From NCBI GenBank assembly GCA_964374065.1, contig CAYJWW010000004.1, positions 1 to 47,343 of the forward strand: a stretch of DNA of 47,343 nucleotides, read 5' to 3'. Both the position numbers and the translations under genes were made by a program. The notes beneath the pieces were generated by a model, which did not search any database, had not been told where the DNA came from, and was given only the letters and a program-made list of their open reading frames with translations. Numbering within the stretch: the first letter of the stretch is position 1; the number at the start of each line of letters is the position of its first letter. This stretch comes from an uncultured Candidatus Saccharibacteria bacterium (GTDB lineage Bacteria; Patescibacteriota; Minisyncoccia; UBA6257; 2-01-FULL-56-20). Below are positions 44,553-47,343 of the stretch, piece after piece.

Positions 44553-47343
44553 CTATGGGCGTTTGGTTCCGGATTCGGTATCGGGCAGTGTTTCATCCCT
44601 CCGGATTGCGGCGAGCGTCCGATTGAATTGGGTTTCCGGATCCGGACCGAGGCCGCCCACCAGGCCGTACTTGAAGATGATGAAATATGAAGCGATCGAG
44701 CTCACGAAGCCGATGAGGAAGATCCACGGGAGCGCGTCTTCGGGTCCGGTCACGATATCCGCGACGCCCAAGACTTGCCCGCGAGGCCGGACGTTCACCG
44801 TTGCGAATGCGTTTGACACGCCCGCATTCATAGTAGCACTTATCTGGTTCGTGGTAGTGCGCGGCGTCGTCCCCGTAAGCACGGTCGCGCGGAAGCGGAT
44901 CGCCTTTTCTTCATTCGAAGCGACGGTTCCCAAGGAAAGCCCCGAGGCGGCGATGCCGTCAGGAGCCACGTTGTTGTTTATCGTCGTCGAACCGGGGACG
45001 TATGAGAGTTCCTGCGGGAGAATATCCCGAACGATGATCTGGCCGGCGGATGTGTCGGTGTTCCGCACGCGGATCTCGAACTCAACGGTATCTCCGCCCT
45101 GTGCCTCGATCGAGTTCGAATACGCGGTTTGGTTCAATGTCCGGTTCAATCCGGCTTTCGTGATAAGAAGTCTGGCGGGCGTCCCAACGGTCGTAGTCAC
45201 GAACACCGTTTCCGAGTCATTCGCTACGCCGTTTTGATTTGAGCAGGTGATGCTATAGGTGGTGGTGAGGCTCGGAGAGGTCTGTTCCGACCCCGAGAGC
45301 GCTTTAGACCCGGACCATCCGCCCGATGCGGTGCACTGAGCTGCGTTCGCAGACGTCCATGTGAGTATCGAGGATTGCCCCTGCGCAATGCTCGAAGGCG
45401 AAGTCGCGAGATTCACCGTCGGCTGGAACGCGCTCACGAACACCGTTGCTTGCGCGGAGACGGAGCCTCCGGAGCCGCTGCAATTCATGGAATATGTCGT
45501 TGTCTGCGCGGGGAACACGGTTTCGTTGCCGGAGACGTTTCGTGATCCAGACCAGCCGCCGGAGGCGGTGCAGGAAGTCGTGTTCGTCGAAGTCCATGTA
45601 AGGATCGACGAGCCGCCCTGCGAGATACTTGTCGGATTCGCGTTCAGCGTAAGCGTCGGCTGATTCTGAACCACGCTCACCGTGACGGTGGCGTTCGCCT
45701 GCACCTGCTGGCCGGTCTGGTTCTGGCAGACGATGGTATAGGCGGTCGTTGAAAAGGGATTTATCGTTTCGCTGCCGGATAGATTTTTCGTTCCGGACCA
45801 GCCGCCCGCCGCGCTGCAGGTCGTGGCGTTCGTCGAGCTCCACGTCAAGACCGAGGATTGTCCCTGGGTGATCGTGGTCGGACTTGCGGCGAGCGTGACC
45901 GTCGGAGCCGGCGGTTGATTGACGTTAATGGTTACCGAATCGGTCCCGCTGCCTCCCGCACCGGCGCACTGAACCGTATAGGTCCGCGAAGAGGTGAGCG
46001 CCCCGGTCGATTGCGAGCCGGACGTACCCGTGAATCCCGAGGGGAATACGGTGCACGAGGTCGCATTTTGCGAAGTCCACGTGAGCGTTGCCGACGCATT
46101 GTGGTCGATATTTACGGGGCCATCGGAGCCGTTCGCTTTGATGTCCGCCGTCACCTGGGGAACATTTCCCACGTTCACGACGACCGAGTCCGTCGCTGTT
46201 CCGCCCTGCCCGCTGCAATTGAGGAAATATGTTTGCGAGAACGTCAGATTCCCCGTCGACTGCGACCCCGAGGCGCCCGTCCACCCGGTGGGCGAGACGC
46301 TGCAGGTCGTGGCGTTCGTGGAGGTCCATGTGATCGTGGCGAAAGCGTTGAAATTGATGGTTATCGGACCATCTTGGTTGTTCGCTTTGATGTCAGCCGT
46401 CACCTGTGGGGCATTGCTTACATTTACCGTCACCGAATCGGTAGCCGAACCGCCCGGGCCGTTGCAGGTCAGGGTGTACGTTTGCGAGCTTGCGAGATTC
46501 CCCGTGGACTGCGAACCGGAAGTACCCGTCCAGCCGGTGGGCGAGACGCTGCAGGTGGTCGCGTTCTGCGAGGTCCAGCTTATCGTCGCCGAAGAGTTGA
46601 AGGTGACGGTCACGGGGCCGTCCTGGCCATTGGCTTTGATATCGGCGGTTACATTTCCTGCCTGCACGTTTATCGTCACCGAGTCAGTCGCGTTACCGCC
46701 CGGGCCGGTGCAATTTACCGTATAGGTCTGCGAGTTTGTGAGATTTCCAGTAGACTGCGAGCCGCTCGTACCCGACCAGCTGCCTGGAGTGACCATGCAC
46801 GAAGTCGCGTTCTGCGAGGTCCACGAGATGGTCGCGGATTGCCCCGACTGGATCGTGACGGGCCCGTCCTGGCCGTTCGCCTTGATGTCGGCGGTTATAT
46901 TGCCCGCCTGCACGTTTACCGTCACCGAGTCAGTCGCGTTACCGCCCGGACCAGTGCAGTTCAAGGTGTATGTCTGTGAACTTGTGAGGCCTCCGGTCGA
47001 CTGCGAGCCCGATGTGCCTGACCAGCCGGTCGGCGAGACGGAACACGATGTCGCGTTCGAGGAGATCCAGCTTATGGTCGCTGAAGTCCCCGATTGAATC
47101 GTGATCGGCCCGTCTTGCCCATTCGCCTTAATGTCGGCAGTTACGTTCCCTGCCTGAATATTCACCGTTACCGAATCCACCGCCGACCCTCCTGGGCCGC
47201 TGCAGTTTAAGGTGTACGTTTGCGATGCCGTGAGGTTCCCCGTGGACTGCGAACCGCTCGTGCCCGTCCACCCGGTGGGCGAGACGGAGCACGAAGTCGC
47301 GTTCTGCGAGGTCCACGAGATGGTCGCGGATTGCCCCGACTGG
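44553..47343 (-). CDS. giant repetitive surface protein (5' end beyond window): five or more ~82-aa Ig-like repeats, three ~80-aa variant repeats, a DUF11/'conserved repeat domain', and a C-terminal TM
   Basis: The reading frame stays open to the window edge; the track ORF starts at an internal GTG at 47180. Repeats share ...ATISWTSQNATSCxVSPTGWSGTSGSQSTGNLTSSQTYTLNCTGPGG. GDTVEFEIRVRNTDTSAGQIIVRDILPQELSYVPGST is DUF11-like. A TM helix sits near the C-terminus. Confidence 0.75.
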   Translation of the reverse strand, partial: QSGQSATISWTSQNATSCSVSPTGWTGTSGSQSTGNLTASQTYTLNCSGPGGSAVDSVTVNIQAGNVTADIKANGQDGPITIQSGTSATISWISSNATSCSVSPTGWSGTSGSQSTGGLTSSQTYTLNCTGPGGNATDSVTVNVQAGNITADIKANGQDGPVTIQSGQSATISWTSQNATSCMVTPGSWSGTSGSQSTGNLTNSQTYTVNCTGPGGNATDSVTINVQAGNVTADIKANGQDGPVTVTFNSSATISWTSQNATTCSVSPTGWTGTSGSQSTGNLASSQTYTLTCNGPGGSATDSVTVNVSNAPQVTADIKANNQDGPITINFNAFATITWTSTNATTCSVSPTGWTGASGSQSTGNLTFSQTYFLNCSGQGGTATDSVVVNVGNVPQVTADIKANGSDGPVNIDHNASATLTWTSQNATSCTVFPSGFTGTSGSQSTGALTSSRTYTVQCAGAGGSGTDSVTINVNQPPAPTVTLAASPTTITQGQSSVLTWSSTNATTCSAAGGWSGTKNLSGSETINPFSTTAYTIVCQNQTGQQVQANATVTVSVVQNQPTLTLNANPTSISQGGSSILTWTSTNTTSCTASGGWSGSRNVSGNETVFPAQTTTYSMNCSGSGGSVSAQATVFVSAFQPTVNLATSPSSIAQGQSSILTWTSANAAQCTASGGWSGSKALSGSEQTSPSLTTTYSITCSNQNGVANDSETVFVTTTVGTPARLLITKAGLNRTLNQTAYSNSIEAQGGDTVEFEIRVRNTDTSAGQIIVRDILPQELSYVPGSTTINNNVAPDGIAASGLSLGTVASNEEKAIRFRATVLTGTTPRTTTNQISATMNAGVSNAFATVNVRPRGQVLGVADIVTGPEDALPWIFLIGFVSSIASYFIIFKYGLVGGLGPDPETQFNRTLAAIRRDETLPDTESGTKRP
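45180..47343 (-). repeat. in-frame tandem coding repeats, period 246 nt (type A) and ~240 nt (type B)
   Basis: Example: 46798-46851 and 47290-47343 are 54/54 identical (two periods apart). Repeated protein motifs are listed in the CDS entry. Confidence 0.85.

Noticed and set aside
44553-44700. Canonical LPXTG sorting signal at the C-terminus of the giant protein or the CAP protein
   Set aside because: No LPXTG/LAXTG pentapeptide precedes the C-terminal TM helices. Sortase-substrate status is therefore only inferred from gene adjacency.
44553-47343. Possible CRISPR array suggested by regular repeats
   Set aside because: The repeats are 246 nt, in frame within one long ORF, with protein-level conservation (Ig-like repeats). 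There are no short direct repeats with unique spacers and no cas genes.

Overview
This 47.3-kb, ~60% GC window is a bacterial chromosomal segment, all annotated by hand from the sequence and the ORF track.

The first third (0.9–15.7 kb) is a contiguous str–S10–spc ribosomal-protein supercluster on the + strand: rpsL-rpsG-fusA-tuf, rpsJ, then rplC through secY. No L30 gene lies between rpsE and rplO. S14 is the zinc type and L24 carries a Cys4 motif. No adk/map/infA/alpha-operon genes follow secY.

Next, on the + strand, come a SpoU/TrmH methyltransferase, a DUF192 protein and GAPDH. Then a pentose-phosphate/glycolysis block: rpiB, rpe, a split transketolase interrupted by a membrane-protein gene, a pfkB kinase, a class II aldolase, and L25/Ctc. 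After that: a coiled-coil lytic transglycosylase, an M16 peptidase, an AI-2E transporter, metG-tatD, a nucleotidyltransferase and leuS.

The last 13 kb looks accessory, with four tRNA genes in the window (three in this region):
- an LTD-domain secreted protein,
- HtrA,
- an MFS transporter behind a consensus promoter plus 280-nt untranslated leader,
- a 3-hexulose-6-phosphate-synthase-like gene,
- an SPFH protein,
- a LysE exporter,
- a minus-strand operon of sortase, CAP-domain protein and a giant Ig-repeat/DUF11 surface protein that runs off the window edge.

The gene content (no L30, split tkt, HPS, pfkB, sortase/LTD proteins, compact overlapping genes) suggests a Candidate-Phyla-Radiation/Patescibacteria-like organism; that is an inference, not proven.

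Most notable observations:
- A ~155-aa Nudix-fold domain is inserted inside the LeuRS gene.
- Several perfect 13–19-bp palindromic hairpins act as (bidirectional) terminators.
- -10 boxes sit 6–7 nt from start codons, implying leaderless mRNAs.
- A tRNA-Ser ends 2 nt from a start codon.
- A 4x ATTCGTA repeat lies in the rpsL–rpsG spacer.
- The surface-protein locus contains near-identical 246-nt coding repeats.

No CRISPR array, transposase, integrase or obvious defence system is visible.
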